Part shown: positions 24,900-42,800 of the stretch, in pieces
Layout: each line of letters starts with the position of its first letter
How positions within the stretch are numbered: the stretch's first letter is position 1
Source: Eledone cirrhosa
Taxonomy: Eukaryota
DNA: 64,000 nt
Assembly (NCBI GenBank): GCA_964016885.1
Contig: OZ024741.1
Location: forward strand, 351,602,001 to 351,666,000
Direction of reading: 5' to 3'
Position numbers and translations under genes: made by a program
Notes under the pieces: generated by a model
What the model was told of the DNA's origin: nothing
Databases searched by the model: none
What the model saw: only the letters and a program-made list of their open reading frames with translations

Positions 24900-27800
24900 A
24901 GACATCAACAAGACCATTGTCACCACCACAACTACAGACATCAACAAGGCCACTGTCACCACCACAACAACAGACATCAACAAGGCCACTGTCACCACCA
25001 CAACTACAGACATCAACAAGGCCACTGTCACCACCACAACTACAGACATCACCAAGGCCACTGTCACCACCACAACTAGAGACATCAACAAGGCCTCTGT
25101 CACCATCACAACTACAGACATCACCAACAAGGCCACTGTCACCACCACAACTACAGACATCAACAAGGCCACTGTCACCACCACAACTACAGACATCAAC
25201 AAGGCCACTGTCACCACCGCAACTACAGACATCAACAAGGCCACTGTCACCACCACAACTACAGACATCACCAAGGCCACTGTCACCACCACAACTACAC
25301 ATATCAACAAGGCCACTGTCACCACCACAACTACAGACATCAACAAGGCCACTGTCACGACCACAACTACAGACATCAACAAGGCCACTGTCACCATCAC
25401 AACTACTGACATCAACAAGGCCACTGTCACCACCACAACTACAGACATCAACAAAGCCACTGTCACCACCACAACTACAGACATCAACAAGGCCACTGTC
25501 ACCACCTCAACTACAGACATCATCAACAAGGCCACTGTCACCACCACAACTACAGACATCAACAAGGCCACTGTCACCACCACAACTACAGACATCAACA
25601 AGGCCACTGTCACCATCACAACTACTGACATCAACAAGGCCACTGTCACCACCACAACTACAGACATCAACAAGGCCACTGTCACCACCACAACTACAGA
25701 CATCAACAAGGCCACTGTCACCACCACAACTACAGACATCATCAACAAGGCCACTGTCACCACCACAACTACAGACATCAACAAGACCATTGTCACCACC
25801 ACAACTACAGACATCAACAAGGGCACTGTCACCACCACAACTACAGACATCACCAAGGCCACTGTCACCACCACAGCTCCAGACATCACCAAGGCCACTG
25901 TCACCACCACAACTACAGATATCAACAAGGCCACTGTCACCACCACAACTACAGACATCACCAAGGCTACTGTCACCATCACAACTACAGACATCAACAA
26001 GGCCACCGTCACCACCACAACTACAGACATCACCAAGGCCACTGTCGCCACCACAACTACAGACATCACCAACAAGGCCACTGTCACCACCACAACTACA
26101 CATATCAACAAGGCCACTGTCACCACTACAACTACAGACATCAACAAGGCCACTGTCACCACCACAACTACATATATCAACAAGGCCACTGTCACCACCA
26201 CAACTACAGACATCAACAAGGCCACTGTCACCACCACAACAACAGACATCAACAAGGCCACTGTCACCACCACAACTACAGACATCAACAAGGCCACTGT
26301 CACCACCACAACTACAGACATCACCAAGGCCACTGTCACCACCACAACTAGAGACATCAACAAGGCCTCTGTCACCATCACAACTACAGACATCACCAAC
26401 AAGGCCACTGTCACCACCACAACTACAGACATCAACAAGGCCACTGTCACCACCACAACTACAGACATCAACAAGGCCACTGTCACCACCGCAACTACAG
26501 ACATCAACAAGGCCACTGTCACCACCACAACTACAGACATCACCAAGGCCACTGTCACCACCACAACTACACATATCAACAAGGCCACTGTCACCACCAC
26601 AACTACAGACATCAACAAGGCCACTGTCACGACCACAACTACAGACATCAACAAGGCCACTGTCACCATCACAACTACTGACATCAACAAGGCCACTGTC
26701 ACCACCACAACTACAGACATCAACAAGGCCACTGTCACCACCACAACTACAGACATCAACAAGGCCACTGTCACCACCTCAACTACAGACATCATCAACA
26801 AGGCCACTGTCACCACCACAACTACAGACATCAACAAGGCCACTGTCACCACCACAACTACAGACATCAACAAGGCCACTGTCACCATCACAACTACTGA
26901 CATCAACAAGGCCACTGTCACCACCACAACTACAGACATCAACAAGGCCACTGTCACCACCACAACTACAGACATCAACAAGGCCACTGTCACCACCACA
27001 ACTACAGACATCATCAACAAGGCCACTGTCACCACCACAACTACAGACATCAACAAGACCATTGTCACCACCACAACTACAGACATCAACAAGGGCACTG
27101 TCACCACCACAACTACAGACATCACCAAGGCCACTGTCACCACCACAGCTCCAGACATCACCAAGGCCACTGTCACCACCACAACTACAGATATCAACAA
27201 GGCCACTGTCACCACCACAACTACAGACATCACCAAGGCTACTGTCACCATCACAACTACAGACATCAACAAGGCCACCGTCACCACCACAACTACAGAC
27301 ATCACCAAGGCCACTGTCGCCACCACAACTACAGACATCACCAACAAGGCCACTGTCACCACCACAACTACACATATCAACAAGGCCACTGTCACCACTA
27401 CAACTACAGACATCAACAAGGCCACTGTCACCACCACAACTACATATATCAACAAGGCCACTGTCACCACCACAACTACAGACATCAACAAGGCCACTGT
27501 CACCACTACAACTACAGACATCAACAAGGCCACTGTCACCACCACAACTACAGACATCAACAAGGCCACTGTCACCACCACAACTACAGACATCAACAAG
27601 GCCACTGTCACCACCACAACTACAGACATCAACAAGGCCACTGTCACCATCACAACTACAGATATCAACAAGGCCATTGTCACCACCACAACTACAGACA
27701 TCAACAAGGCCACTGTCACCACCACAACTACAGACATCACGAAGGCCACTGTCACCACCACAACTACATACACCAACAAGGCCACTGTCACCACCACAAC

Positions 27801-30800
27801 GACAGACATCAACAAGGGCACTGTCACCACCACAACTACAGACATCACCAAGGCCACTGTCACCACCACAACTACAGACATCACCAAGGCCACTGTCACC
27901 ACCACAACTACAGACATCACCAAGGCCACTGTCACCACCACAACTACAGACATCACCAAGGCCACTGTCACCACCACAACTACAGACATCACCAAGGCCA
28001 CTGTCACCACCACAACTACAGACATCAACAAGGCCACGTCACCATCACAACTACAGACATCAACAAGGCCACTGTCACCACCACAACTGCAGACATCAAC
28101 AAGGCCACTGTCACCACCACAACTACAGACATCACCAAGGCCACGTCACCATCACAACTACAGACATCAACAAGGCCACTGTCACCTACACAACTACAGA
28201 TATCAACAACGCCACTGTCACCACTAAAAACTACAGACATCAACAAGGCCACTGTCACCACCACAACTACAGACATCAACAAGGCCACTGTCACCACCAC
28301 AACAACAGACATCAACAAGGCCACTGTCACCACCACAACTACAGACATCAACAAGGCCACTGTCACCACCACAACTACAGACATCAACAAGACCATTGTC
28401 ACCACCACAACTACAGACATCAACAAGGCCACTGTCACCACCACAACAACAGACATCAACAAGGCCACTGTCACCACCACAACTAGAGACATCAACAAGA
28501 CCATTGTCACCACCACAACTACAGACATCAACAAGGCCACTGTCACCACCACAACAACAGACATCAACAAGGCCACTGTCACCACCACAACTACAGACAT
28601 CACCAAGGCCACTATCACCACCACAACTACAGACATCACCAAGGCCACTGTCACCACCACAACTAGAGACATCAACAAGGCCTCTGTCACCATCACAACT
28701 ACAGACATCACCAACAAGGCCACTGTCACCACCACAACTACAGACATCAACAAGGCCACTGTCACCACCACAACTACAGACATCAACAAGGCCACTGTCA
28801 CCACCGCAACTACAGACATCAACAAGGCCACTGTCACCACCACAACTACAGACATCACCAAGGCCACTGTCACCACCACAACTACACATATCAACAAGGC
28901 CACTGTCACCACCACAACTACAGACATCAACAAGGCCACTGTCACCACCACAACTACAGACATCAACAAGGCCACTGTCACCATCACAACTACTGACATC
29001 AACAAGGCCACTGTCACCACCACAACTACAGACATCAACAAGGCCACTGTCACCACCACAACTACAGACATCAACAAGGCCACTGTCACCACCACAACTA
29101 CATACATCAACAAGAACACTGTCACCACCACAACTACAGACATCAACAAGGCCACTGTCACCACCACAACTACAGACATCACCAAGGCCACTGTCACCAC
29201 CACAACTACAGACATCAACAAGGCCACTGTCACCACCACAACTACAGACATCAACAAGGCCACTGTCACCACCGCAACTACAGACATCAACAAGGCCACT
29301 GTCACCACCACAACTACATACATCAACAAGGCCACTGTCACCGCCACAACTACAGACATCACCAAGGCCACTGTCACCACCACAACTACAGACATCACCA
29401 ACGAGGCCACTGTCACCACCACAACTACAGACATCAACAAGGCCACTGTCACCATCACAACTACAGACATCAACAAGGCCACTGTCACCATCACAACTTC
29501 AGACATCAACAAGGCCACTGTCACCAACACAACTACAGATATCAACAACGCCACTGTCACCACTAAAAACTACAGACATCAACAAGGCCACTGTCACCAC
29601 CACAACTACAGACATCAACAAGGCCACTGTCACCACCACAACAACAGACATCAACAAGGCCACTGTCACCACCACAACTACAGACATCAACAAGGCCACT
29701 GTCACCACCACAACTACAGACATCAACAAGACCATTGTCACCACCACAACTACAGACATCAACAAGGCCACTGTCACCACCACAACAACAGACATCAACA
29801 AGGCCACTGTCACCACCACAACTAGAGACATCAACAAGACCATTGTCACCACCACAACTACAGACATCAACAAGGCCACTGGCACCACCACAACAACAGA
29901 CATCAACAAGGCCACTGTCACCACCACAACTACAGACATCAACAAGGCCACTGTCACCACCACAACTACAGACATCACCAAGGCCACTATCACCACCACA
30001 ACTACAGACATCACCAAGGCCACTGTCACCACCACAACTAGAGACATCAACAAGGCCTCTGTCACCATCACAACTACAGACATCACCAACAAGGCCACTG
30101 TCACCACCACAACTACAGACATCAACAAGGCCACTGTCACCACCACAACTACAGACATCAACAAGGCCACTGTCACCACCGCAACTACAGACATCAACAA
30201 GGCCACTGTCACCACCACAACTACAGACATCACCAAGGCCACTGTCACCACCACAACTACACATATCAACAAGGCCACTGTCACCACCACAACTACAGAC
30301 ATCAACAAGGCCACTGTCACGACCACAACTACAGACATCAACAAGGCCACTGTCACCATCACAACTACTGACATCAACAAGGCCACTGTCACCACCACAA
30401 CTACAGACATCAACAAGGCCACTGTCACCACCACAACTACAGATATCAACAAGGCCACTGTCACCACCACAACTACAGACATCAACAAGGCCACTGTCAC
30501 CACCACAACTACAGATATCAACAAGGCCACTGTCACCACCACAACTACAGACATCAACAAGGCCACTGTCACCACCTCAACTACAGACATCATCAACAAG
30601 GCCACTGTCACCACCACAACTACAGACATCAACAAGGCCACTGTCACCACCACAACTACAGACATCAACAAGGCCACTGTCACCATCACAACTACTGACA
30701 TCAACAAGGCCACTGTCACCACCACAACTACAGACATCAACAAGGCCACTGTCACCACCACAACTACAGACATCAACAAGGCCACTGTCACCACCACAAC

Positions 30801-33800
30801 TACAGACATCATCAACAAGGCCACTGTCACCACCACAACTACAGACATCAACAAGACCATTGTCACCACCACAACTACAGACATCAACAAGGGCACTGTC
30901 ACCACCACAACTACAGACATCACCAAGGCCACTGTCACCACCACAACTCCAGACATCACCAAGGCCACTGTCACCACCACAACTACAGATATCAACAAGG
31001 CCACTGTCACCACCACAACTACAGACATCACCAAGGCTACTGTCACCATCACAACTACAGACATCAACAAGGCCACCGTCACCACCACAACTACAGACAT
31101 CACCAAGGCCACTGTCGCCACCACAACTACAGACATCACCAACAAGGCCACTGTCACCACCACAACTACACATATCAACAAGGCCACTGTCACCACTACA
31201 ACTACAGACATCAACAAGGCCACTGTCACCACCAAAACTACATATATCAACAAGGCCACTGTCACCACCACAACTAGAGACATCAACAAGGCCACTGTCA
31301 CCACTACAACTACAGACATCAACAAGGCCACTGTCACCACCACAACTACAGACATCAACAAGGCCACTGTCACCACCACAACTACAGACATCAACAAGGC
31401 CACTGTCACCACCACAACTACAGACATCAACAAGGCCACTGTCACCATCACAACTACAGATATCAACAAGGCCATTGTCACCACCACAACTACAGACATC
31501 AACAAGGCCACTGTCACCACCACAACTACAGACATCAACAAGGCCACTGTCACCACTACAACTACAGACATCAACAAGGCCACTGTCACCACCACAACTA
31601 CAGACATCACCAAGGCCACTGTCACCACCACAACGACAGACATCAACAAGGCCACTGTCACCACCACAACTACAGACATCAACAAGGCCACTGTCACCAT
31701 CACAACTACAGATATCAACAAGGCCATTGTCACCACCACAACTACAGACATCAACAAGGCCACTGTCACCACCACAACTACAGACATCAACAAGGCCACT
31801 GTCACCACCACAATTACAGACATCACGAAGGCCACTTTCACCACCACAACTACATACACCAACAAGGCCACTGTCACCACCACAACTACAGATATCAACA
31901 AGGCCACTGTCACCACCACAACTACAGACATCACCAAGGCCACTGTCACCACCACAACGACAGACATCAACAAGGGCACTGTCACCACCACAACTACAGA
32001 CATCACCAAGGCCACTGTCACCACCACAACTACAGACATCACCAAGGCCACTGTCACCACCACAACTACAGACATCACCAAGGCCACTGTCACCACCACA
32101 ACTACAGACATCACCAAGGCCACTGTCACCACCACAACTACAGACATCACCAAGGCCACTGTCACCACCACAACTACAGACATCAACAAGGCCACGTCAC
32201 CATCACAACTACAGACATCAACAAGGCCACTGTCACCACCACAACTGCAGACATCAACAAGGCCACTGTCACCACCACAACTACAGACATCACCAAGGCC
32301 ACGTCACCATCACAACTACAGACATCAACAAGGCCACTGTCACCAACACAACTACAGATATCAACAACGCCACTGTCACCACTAAAAACTACAGACATCA
32401 ACAAGGCCACTGTCACCACCACAACTACAGACATCAACAAGGCCACTGTCACCACCACAACAACAGACATCAACAAGGCCACTGTCACCACCACAACTAC
32501 AGACATCAACAAGGCCACTGTCACCACCACAACTACAGACATCAACAAGACCATTGTCACCACCACAACTACAGACATCAACAAGGCCACTGTCACCACC
32601 ACAACAACAGACATCAACAAGGCCACTGTCACCACCACAACTAGAGACATCAACAAGACCATTGTCACCACCACAACTACAGACATCAACAAGGCCACTG
32701 TCACCACCACAACAACAGACATCAACAAGGCCACTGTCACCACCACAACTACAGACATCACCAAGGCCACTATCACCACCACAACTACAGACATCACCAA
32801 GGCCACTGTCACCACCACAACTAGAGACATCAACAAGGCCTCTGTCACCATCACAACTACAGACATCACCAACAAGGCCACTGTCACCACCACAACTACA
32901 GACATCAACAAGGCCACTGTCACCACCACAACTACAGACATCAACAAGGCCACTGTCACCACCGCAACTACAGACATCAACAAGGCCACTGTCACCACCA
33001 CAACTACAGACATCACCAAGGCCACTGTCACCACCACAACTACACATATCAACAAGGCCACTGTCACCACCACAACTACAGACATCAACAAGGCCACTGT
33101 CACCACCACAACTACAGAAATCAACAAGGCCACTGTCACCATCACAACTACTGACATCAACAAGGCCACTGTCACCACCACAACTACAGACATCAACAAG
33201 GCCACTGTCACCACCACAACTACAGACATCAACAAGGCCACTGTCACCACCTCAACTACAGACATCATCAACAAGGCCACTGTCACCACCACAACTACAG
33301 ACATCAACAAGGCCACTGTCACCACCACAACTACAGACATCAACAAGGCCACTGTCACCATCACAACTACTGACATCAACAAGGCCACTGTCACCACCAC
33401 AACTACAGACATCAACAAGGCCACTGTCACCACCACAACTACAGACATCAACAAGGCCACTGTCACCACCACAACTACAGACATCATCAACAAGGCCACT
33501 GTCACCACCACAACTACAGACATCAACAAGACCACTGTCACCACCACAACTACAGACATCAACAAGGGCACTGTCACCACCACAACTACAGACATCACCA
33601 AGGCCACTGTCACCACCACAACTCCAGACATCACCAAGGCCACTGTCACCGCCACAACTACAGATATCAACAAGGCCACTGTCACCACCACAACTACAGA
33701 CATCACCAAGGCTACTGTCACCATCACAACTACAGACATCAACAAGGCCACCGTCACCACCACAACTACAGACATCACCAAGGCCACTGTCGCCACCACA

Positions 33801-36800
33801 ACTACAGACTTCACCAACAAGGCCACTGTCACCACCACAACTACACATATCAACAAGGCCACTGTCACCACTACAACTACAGACATCAACAAGGCCACTG
33901 TCACCACCACAACTACATATATCAACAAGGCCACTGTCACCACCACAACTACAGACATCAACAAGGCCACTGTCACCACTACAACTACAGACATCAACAA
34001 GGCCACTGTCACCACCACAACTACAGACATCAACAAGGCCACTGTCACCACCACAACTACAGACATCAACAAGGCCACTGTCACCACCACAACTACAGAC
34101 ATCAACAAGGCCACTGTCACCATCACAACTACAGATATCAACAAGGCCATTGTCACCACCACAACTACAGACATCAACAAGGCCACTGTCACCACCACAA
34201 CTACATACACCAACAAGGCCACTGTCACCACCACAACTACAGACATCAACAAGGCCACTGTCACCACCACAACTACAGACATCACCAAGGCCACTGTCAC
34301 CACCACAACGACAGACATCAACAAGGGCACTGTCACCACCACAACTACAGACATCACCAAGGCCAATGTCACCACCACAACTACAGACATCACCAAGGCC
34401 ACTGTCACCACCACAACTACAGACATCACCAAGGCCACTGTCACCACCACAACTACAGACATCACCAAGGCCACTGTCACCACCACAACTACAGACATCA
34501 CCAAGGCCACTGTCACCACCACAACTACAGACATCAACAAGGCCACGTCACCATCACAACTACAGACATCAACAAGGCCACTGTCACCACCACAACTGCA
34601 GACATCAACAAGGCCACTGTCACCACCACAACTACAGACATCACCAAGGCCACGTCACCATCACAACTACAGACATCAACAAGGCCACTGTCACCACCAC
34701 AACTACAGACATCACCAACAAGGCCACTGTCACCACCATAACTACAGACATCCACAAGGCCACTGTCACCACCCCAACTACAGACATCCACAAGGCCACT
34801 GTCACCACCACAACTACAGACATCAACAAGGCCACTGTCACCACCACAACTACAGACATCAACAAGGCCACTGTCACCACCACAACTACAGACATCACCA
34901 ACAAGGCTACTGTCACCACCACAACTACAGACATCAACAAGGCCACTGTCACCACCACAACTACAGACATCAACAAGGCCACTGTCACCACCACAACTAC
35001 AGACATCACCAACAAGGCTACAGTCACCACCACAACTACAGACATCAACAAGGCCATTGTCACCATCACAACTACAGACATCAACAAAGCCATTGTCACC
35101 ACCACAACTACAGACATCAACAAGGCCACTGTCACCACCACAACTACAGACAACAACAAGGCCACTGTCACCACCACAACTACAGACATCAACAAGGCCA
35201 CTGTCACCATCACAACTACAGACATCAACAAGGCCACTGTCACCATCACAACTACAGACATCAACAAGGCAATTGTCACCACCACAACTACAGACATCAA
35301 CAAGGCTACTGTCACCACAACAACTACAGACATCAACAAGGCCATTGTCACCACCACAACTACAGACATCAACAAGGCCACTGTCACCATCACAACTACA
35401 GACATCAACAAGGCCACTGTCACCATCACAACTACTGACATCAACAAGGCCACTGTCACCACCCCAACTACAGACATCAACAAGGCCACTGTCACCACCA
35501 CAACTACAGACATCACCAAGGCCACTGTCACCACCACAACTACAGACATCAACAAGGCCACTGTCACCACCACAACTACAGACATCAACAAGGCCACTGT
35601 CACCACCACAACTACAGACATCACCAAGGCCACTGTCACCACCACAACTACAGATATCAACAAGGCCACTGTCACCACCACAACTACAGACATCACCAAC
35701 AAGGCCACAGTCACCACCACAACTACAGACATCACCAACAAGGCCATTGTCACCACCACAACTACAGACATCAACAAGGCCACTGTCACCACCACAACTA
35801 CAGACATCAACAAGGCCACTGTCACCACCACAGCTACAGACATCACCAAGGTCACTGTCACGACCACAACTACAGACATCAACAGGGCCACTGTCACCAT
35901 CACAACTACAGACATCACCAAGGCCACTGTCACCACCACAACTACAGACATCAACAAGGCCACTGTCACCACCACACCTACAGACATCACCAACACGACC
36001 ACTGTCACCACCACAACTACAGACATCAACAAGGCCACTGTCACCACCACAACTACAGACATCAACAAGGCCACTGTCACCACCACAACTACAGACATCA
36101 ACAAGGCCACTGTCACCACCACAACTACAGACATCATCAACAAGGCCACTGTCACCACCACAACTACAGACATCAACAAGACCATTGTCACCACCACAAC
36201 TACAGACATCAACAAGGGCACTGTCACCACCACAACTACAGACATCACCAAGGCCACTGTCACCACCACAACTCCAGACATCACCAAGGCCACTGTCACC
36301 ACCACAACTACAGATATCAACAAGGCCACTGTCACCACCACAACTACAGACATCACCAAGGCTACTGTCACCATCACAACTACAGACATCAACAAGGCCA
36401 CCGTCACCACCACAACTACAGACATCACCAAGGCCACTGTCGCCACCACAACTACAGACATCACCAACAAGGCCACTGTCACCACCACAACTACACATAT
36501 CAACAAGGCCACTGTCACCACTACAACTACAGACATCAACAAGGCCACTGTCACCACCACAACTACATATATCAACAAGGCCACTGTCACCACCACAACT
36601 AGAGACATCAACAAGGCCACTGTCACCACTACAACTACAGACATCAACAAGGCCACTGTCACCACCACAACTACAGACATCAACAAGGCCACTGTCACCA
36701 CCACAACTACAGACATCAACAAGGCCACTGTCACCACCACAACTACAGACATCAACAAGGCCACTGTCACCATCACAACTACAGATATCAACAAGGCCAT

Positions 36801-39800
36801 TGTCACCACCACAACTACAGACATCAACAAGGCCACTGTCACCACCACAACTACAGACATCACGAAGGCCACTTTCACCACCACAACTACATACACCAAC
36901 AAGGCCACTGTCACCACCACAACTACAGATATCAACAAGGCCACTGTCACCACCACAACTACAGACATCACCAAGGCCACTGTCACCACCACAACGACAG
37001 ACATCAACAAGGGCACTGTCACCACCACAACTACAGACATCACCAAGGCCACTGTCACCACCACAACTACAGACATCACCAAGGCCACTGTCACCACCAC
37101 AACTACAGACATCACCAAGGCCACTGTCACCACCACAACTACAGACATCACCAAGGCCACTGTCACCACCACAACTACAGACATCACCAAGGCCACTGTC
37201 ACCACCACAACTACAGACATCAACAAGGCCACGTCACCATCACAACTACAGACATCAACAAGGCCACTGTCACCACCACAACTGCAGACATCAACAAGGC
37301 CACTGTCACCACCACAACTACAGACATCACCAAGGCCACGTCACCATCACAACTACAGACATCAACAAGGCCACTGTCACCAACACAACTACAGATATCA
37401 ACAACGCCACTGTCACCACTAAAAACTACAGACATCAACAAGGCCACTGTCACCACCACAACTACAGACATCAACAAGGCCACTGTCACCACCACAACAA
37501 CAGACATCAACAAGGCCACTGTCACCACCACAACTACAGACATCAACAAGGCCACTGTCACCACCACAACTACAGACATCAACAAGACCATTGTCACCAC
37601 CACAACTACAGACATCAACAAGGCCACTGTCACCACCACAACAACAGACATCAACAAGGCCACTGTCACCACCACAACTAGAGACATCAACAAGACCATT
37701 GTCACCACCACAACTACAGACATCAACAAGGCCACTGTCACCACCACAACAACAGACATTAACAAGGCCACTGTCACCACCACAACTACAGACATCACCA
37801 AGGCCACTATCACCACCACAACTACAGACATCACCAAGGCCACTGTCACCACCACAACTAGAGACATCAACAAGGCCTCTGTCACCATCACAACTACAGA
37901 CATCACCAACAAGGCCACTGTCACCACCACAACTACAGACATCAACAAGGCCACTGTCACCACCACAACTACAGACATCAACAAGGCCACTGTCACCACC
38001 GCAACTACAGACATCAACAAGGCCACTGTCACCACCACAACTACAGACATCACCAAGGCCACTGTCACCACCACAACTACACATATCAACAAGGCCACTG
38101 TCACCACCACAACTACAGACATCAACAAGGCCACTGTCACCACCACAACTACAGACATCAACAAGGCCACTGTCACCATCACAACTACTGACATCAACAA
38201 GGCCACTGTTACCACCACAACTACAGACATCAACAAGGCCACTGTCACCAACACAACTACAGACATCAACAAGGCCACTGTCACCACCTCAACTACAGAC
38301 ATCATCAACAAGGCCACTGTCACCACCACAACTACAGACATCAACAAGGCCACTGTCACCACCACAACTACAGACATCAACAAGGCCACTGTCACCATCA
38401 CAACTACTGACATCAACAAGGCCACTGTCACCACCACAACTACAGACATCAACAAGGCCACTGTCACCACCACAACTACAGACATCAACAAGGCCACTGT
38501 CACCACCACAACTACAGACATCATCAACAAGGCCACTGTCACCACCACAACTACAGACATCAACAAGACCACTGTCACCACCACAACTACAGACATCAAC
38601 AAGGGCACTGTCACCAGCACAACTACAGACATCACCAAGGCCACTGTCACCACCACAACTCCAGACATCACCAAGGCCACTGTCACCACCACAACTACAG
38701 ATATCAACAAGGCCACTGTCACCACCACAACTACAGACATCACCAAGGCTACTGTCACCATCACAACTACAGACATCAACAAGGCCACCGTCACCACCAC
38801 AACTACAGACATCACCAAGGCCACTGTCGCCACCACAACTACAGACTTCACCAACAAGGCCACTGTCACCACCACAACTACACATATCAACAAGGCCACT
38901 GTCACCACTACAACTACAGACATCAACAAGGCCACTGTCACCACCACAACTACATATATCAACAAGGCCACTGTCACCACCACAACTACAGACATCAACA
39001 AGGCCACTGTCACCACTACAACTACAGACATCAACAAGGCCACTGTCACCACCACAACTACAGACATCAACAAGGCCACTGTCACCACCACAACTACAGA
39101 CATCAACAAGGCCACTGTCACCACCACAACTACAGACATCAACAAGGCCACTGTCACCATCACAACTACAGATATCAACAAGGCCATTGTCACCACCACA
39201 ACTACAGACATCAACAAGGCCACTGTCACCACCACAACTACATACACCAACAAGGCCACTGTCACCACCACAACTACAGACATCAACAAGGCCACTGTCA
39301 CCACCACAACTACAGACATCACCAAGGCCACTGTCACCACCACAACGACAGACATCAACAAGGGCACTGTCACCACCACAACTACAGACATCACCAAGGC
39401 CAATGTCACCACCACAACTACAGACATCACCAAGGCCACTGTCACCACCACAACTACAGACATCACCAAGGCCACTGTCACCAGCACAACTACAGACATC
39501 ACCAAGGCCACTGTCACCACCACAACTACAGACATCACCAAGGCCACTGTCACCACCACAACTACAGACATCAACAAGGCCACGTCACCATCACAACTAC
39601 AGACATCAACAAGGCCACTGTCACCACCACAACTGCAGACATCAACAAGGCCACTGTCACCACCACAACTACAGACATCACCAAGGCCACGTCACCATCA
39701 CAACTACAGACATCAACAAGGCCACTGTCACCACCACAACTACAGACATCACCAACAAGGCCACTGTCACCACCATAACTACAGACATCCACAAGGCCAC

Positions 39801-42800
39801 TGTCACCACCCCAACTACAGACATCCACAAGGCCACTGTCACCACCACAACTACAGACATCAACAAGGCCACTGTCACCACCACAACTACAGACATCAAC
39901 AAGGCCACTGTCACCACCACAACTACAGACATCACCAACAAGGCTACTGTCACCACCACAACTACAGACATCAACAAGGCCACTGTCACTACCACAACTA
40001 CAGACATCAACAAGGCCACTGTCACCACCACAACTACAGACATCACCAACAAGGCTACAGTCACCACCACAACTACAGACATCAACAAGGCCATTGTCAC
40101 CATCACAACTACAGACATCAACAAGGCCATTGTCACCACCACAACTACAGACATCAACAAGGCCACTGTCACCACCACAACTACAGACATCAACAAGGCC
40201 ACTGTCACCACCACAACTACAGACATCAACAAGGCCACTGTCACCATCACAACTACAGACATCAACAAGGCCACTGTCACCATCACAACTACAGACATCA
40301 ACAAGGCAATTGTCACCACCACAACTACAGACATCAACAAGGCTACTGTCACCACAACAACTACAGACATCAACAAGGCCATTGTCACCACCACAACTAC
40401 AGACATCAACAAGGCCACTGTCACCATCACAACTACAGACATCAACAAGGCCACTGTCACCATCACAACTACTGACATCAACAAGGCCACTGTCACCACC
40501 CCAACTACAGACATCAACAAGGCCACTGTCACCACCACAACTACAGACATCACCAAGGCCATTGTCACCACCACAACTACAGACATCAACAAGGCCACTG
40601 TCACCACCACAACTACAGACATCAACAAGGCCACTGTCACCACCACAACTACAGACATCACCAAGGCCACTGTCACCACCACAACTACAGATATCAACAA
40701 GGCCACTGTCACCACCACAACTACAGACATCACCAACAAGGCCACTGTCACCACCACAACTACAGACATCACCAACAAGGCCATTGTCACCACCACAACT
40801 ACAGACATCAACAAGGCCACTGTCACCACCACAACTACAGACATCAACAAGGCCACTGTCACCACCACAACTACAGACATCACCAAGGTCACTGTCACGA
40901 CCACAACTACAGACATCAACAGGGCCACTGTCACCATCACAACTACAGACATCACCAAGGCCACTGTCACCACCACAACTACAGACATCAACAAGGCCAC
41001 TGTCACCACCACACCTACAGACATCACCAACACGACCACTGTCACCACCACAACTACAGACATCAACAAGGCCACTGTCACCACCACAACTACAGACATC
41101 AACAAGGCCACTGTCACCACCACAACTACAGACATCAACAAGGCCACTGTCACCACCACAACTACAGATATCAACAAGGCCACTGTCACCACCGCAACTA
41201 CAAACATCACCAAGGCCACTGTCACCACCACAACTACAGACATCAACAAGGCCACTGTCACCACCACAACTACAGACATCAACAAGGCCACTGTCACCAC
41301 CACAACTACAGACATCAACAAGGCCACTGTCAACACCACAACTACAGACATCAACAAGGCCACTGTCACCACCTCAACTACAGACATCAACAAGGCCACT
41401 GTCACCACCACAACTACAGACATGAACAAGGCCACTGTCACCACCACAACCACATACATCAACAAGGCCACTGTCACCACCACAACTACAGACATCAACA
41501 AGGCCACTGTCACCACCTCAACTACAGACATCAACAAGGCCACTGTCACCACCACAACTACAGACATCAACAAGGCCACTGTCACCACCACAACTACAGA
41601 CATCAACAATGCCACTGTCACCACCACAACTACAGACATCAACAAGGCCACTGTCACCATCACAACTACAGACATCAACAAGGCCACTGTCACCACCACA
41701 ACTACAGACATCAACAAGGCCACTGTCACCACCACAACTACAGACATCAACAAGGCCACTGTCACCACCTCAACTACAGACATCAACAAGGCCACTGTCA
41801 CCACCACAACTACAGACATCAACAAGGCCACTGTCACCACCACAACTACAGACATCAACAATGCCACTGTCACCACCACAACTACAGACATAAACAAGGC
41901 CACTGTCACCATCACAACTACAGACATCAACAAGGCCACTGTCACCACCACAACTACAGACATCAACAAGGCCACTGTCACCACCACAACTACAGACATC
42001 AACAAGGCCACTGTCACCACCACAACTACACATATCAACAAGGCCACTGTCACCACCACAACTACAGACATCAACAAGGCCACTGTCACCACCTCAACTA
42101 CAGACATCAACAAGGCCACTGTCACCACCACAACTACAGACATCAACAAGGCCACTGTCACCACCACAACTACAGACATCAACAATGCCACTGTCACCAC
42201 CACAACTACAGACATCAACAAGGCCACTGTCACCATCACAACTACAGACATCAACAAGGCCACTGTCACCACCACAACTACAGACATCAACAAGGCCACT
42301 GTCACCACCACAACTACAGACATCAACAAGGCCACTGTCACCACCACAACTACACATATCAACAAGGCCACTGTCACCACCACAACTACAGACATCAACA
42401 AGGCCACTTTCACCACCACAACTACAGACATCACCAAGGCCACTGTCACCACCACAACTACAGACATCAACAAGGCCACTGTCACCATCACAACTACAGA
42501 CATCAACAAGGCCACTGTCACCACCACAACTACAGACATCGACAAGGCCACTGTCACCACCACAACTACAGACATCAACAAGGCCACGTCACCATCACAA
42601 CTACAGACATCAACAAGGCCACTGTCACCACCACAACTACAGACATCACCAACAAGGCCACTGTCACCACCATAACTACAGACATCCACAAGGCCACTGT
42701 CACCACCCCAACTACAGACATCCACAAGGCCACTGTCACCACCACAACTACAGACATCAACAAGGCCACTGTCACCACCACAACTACAGACATCAACAAG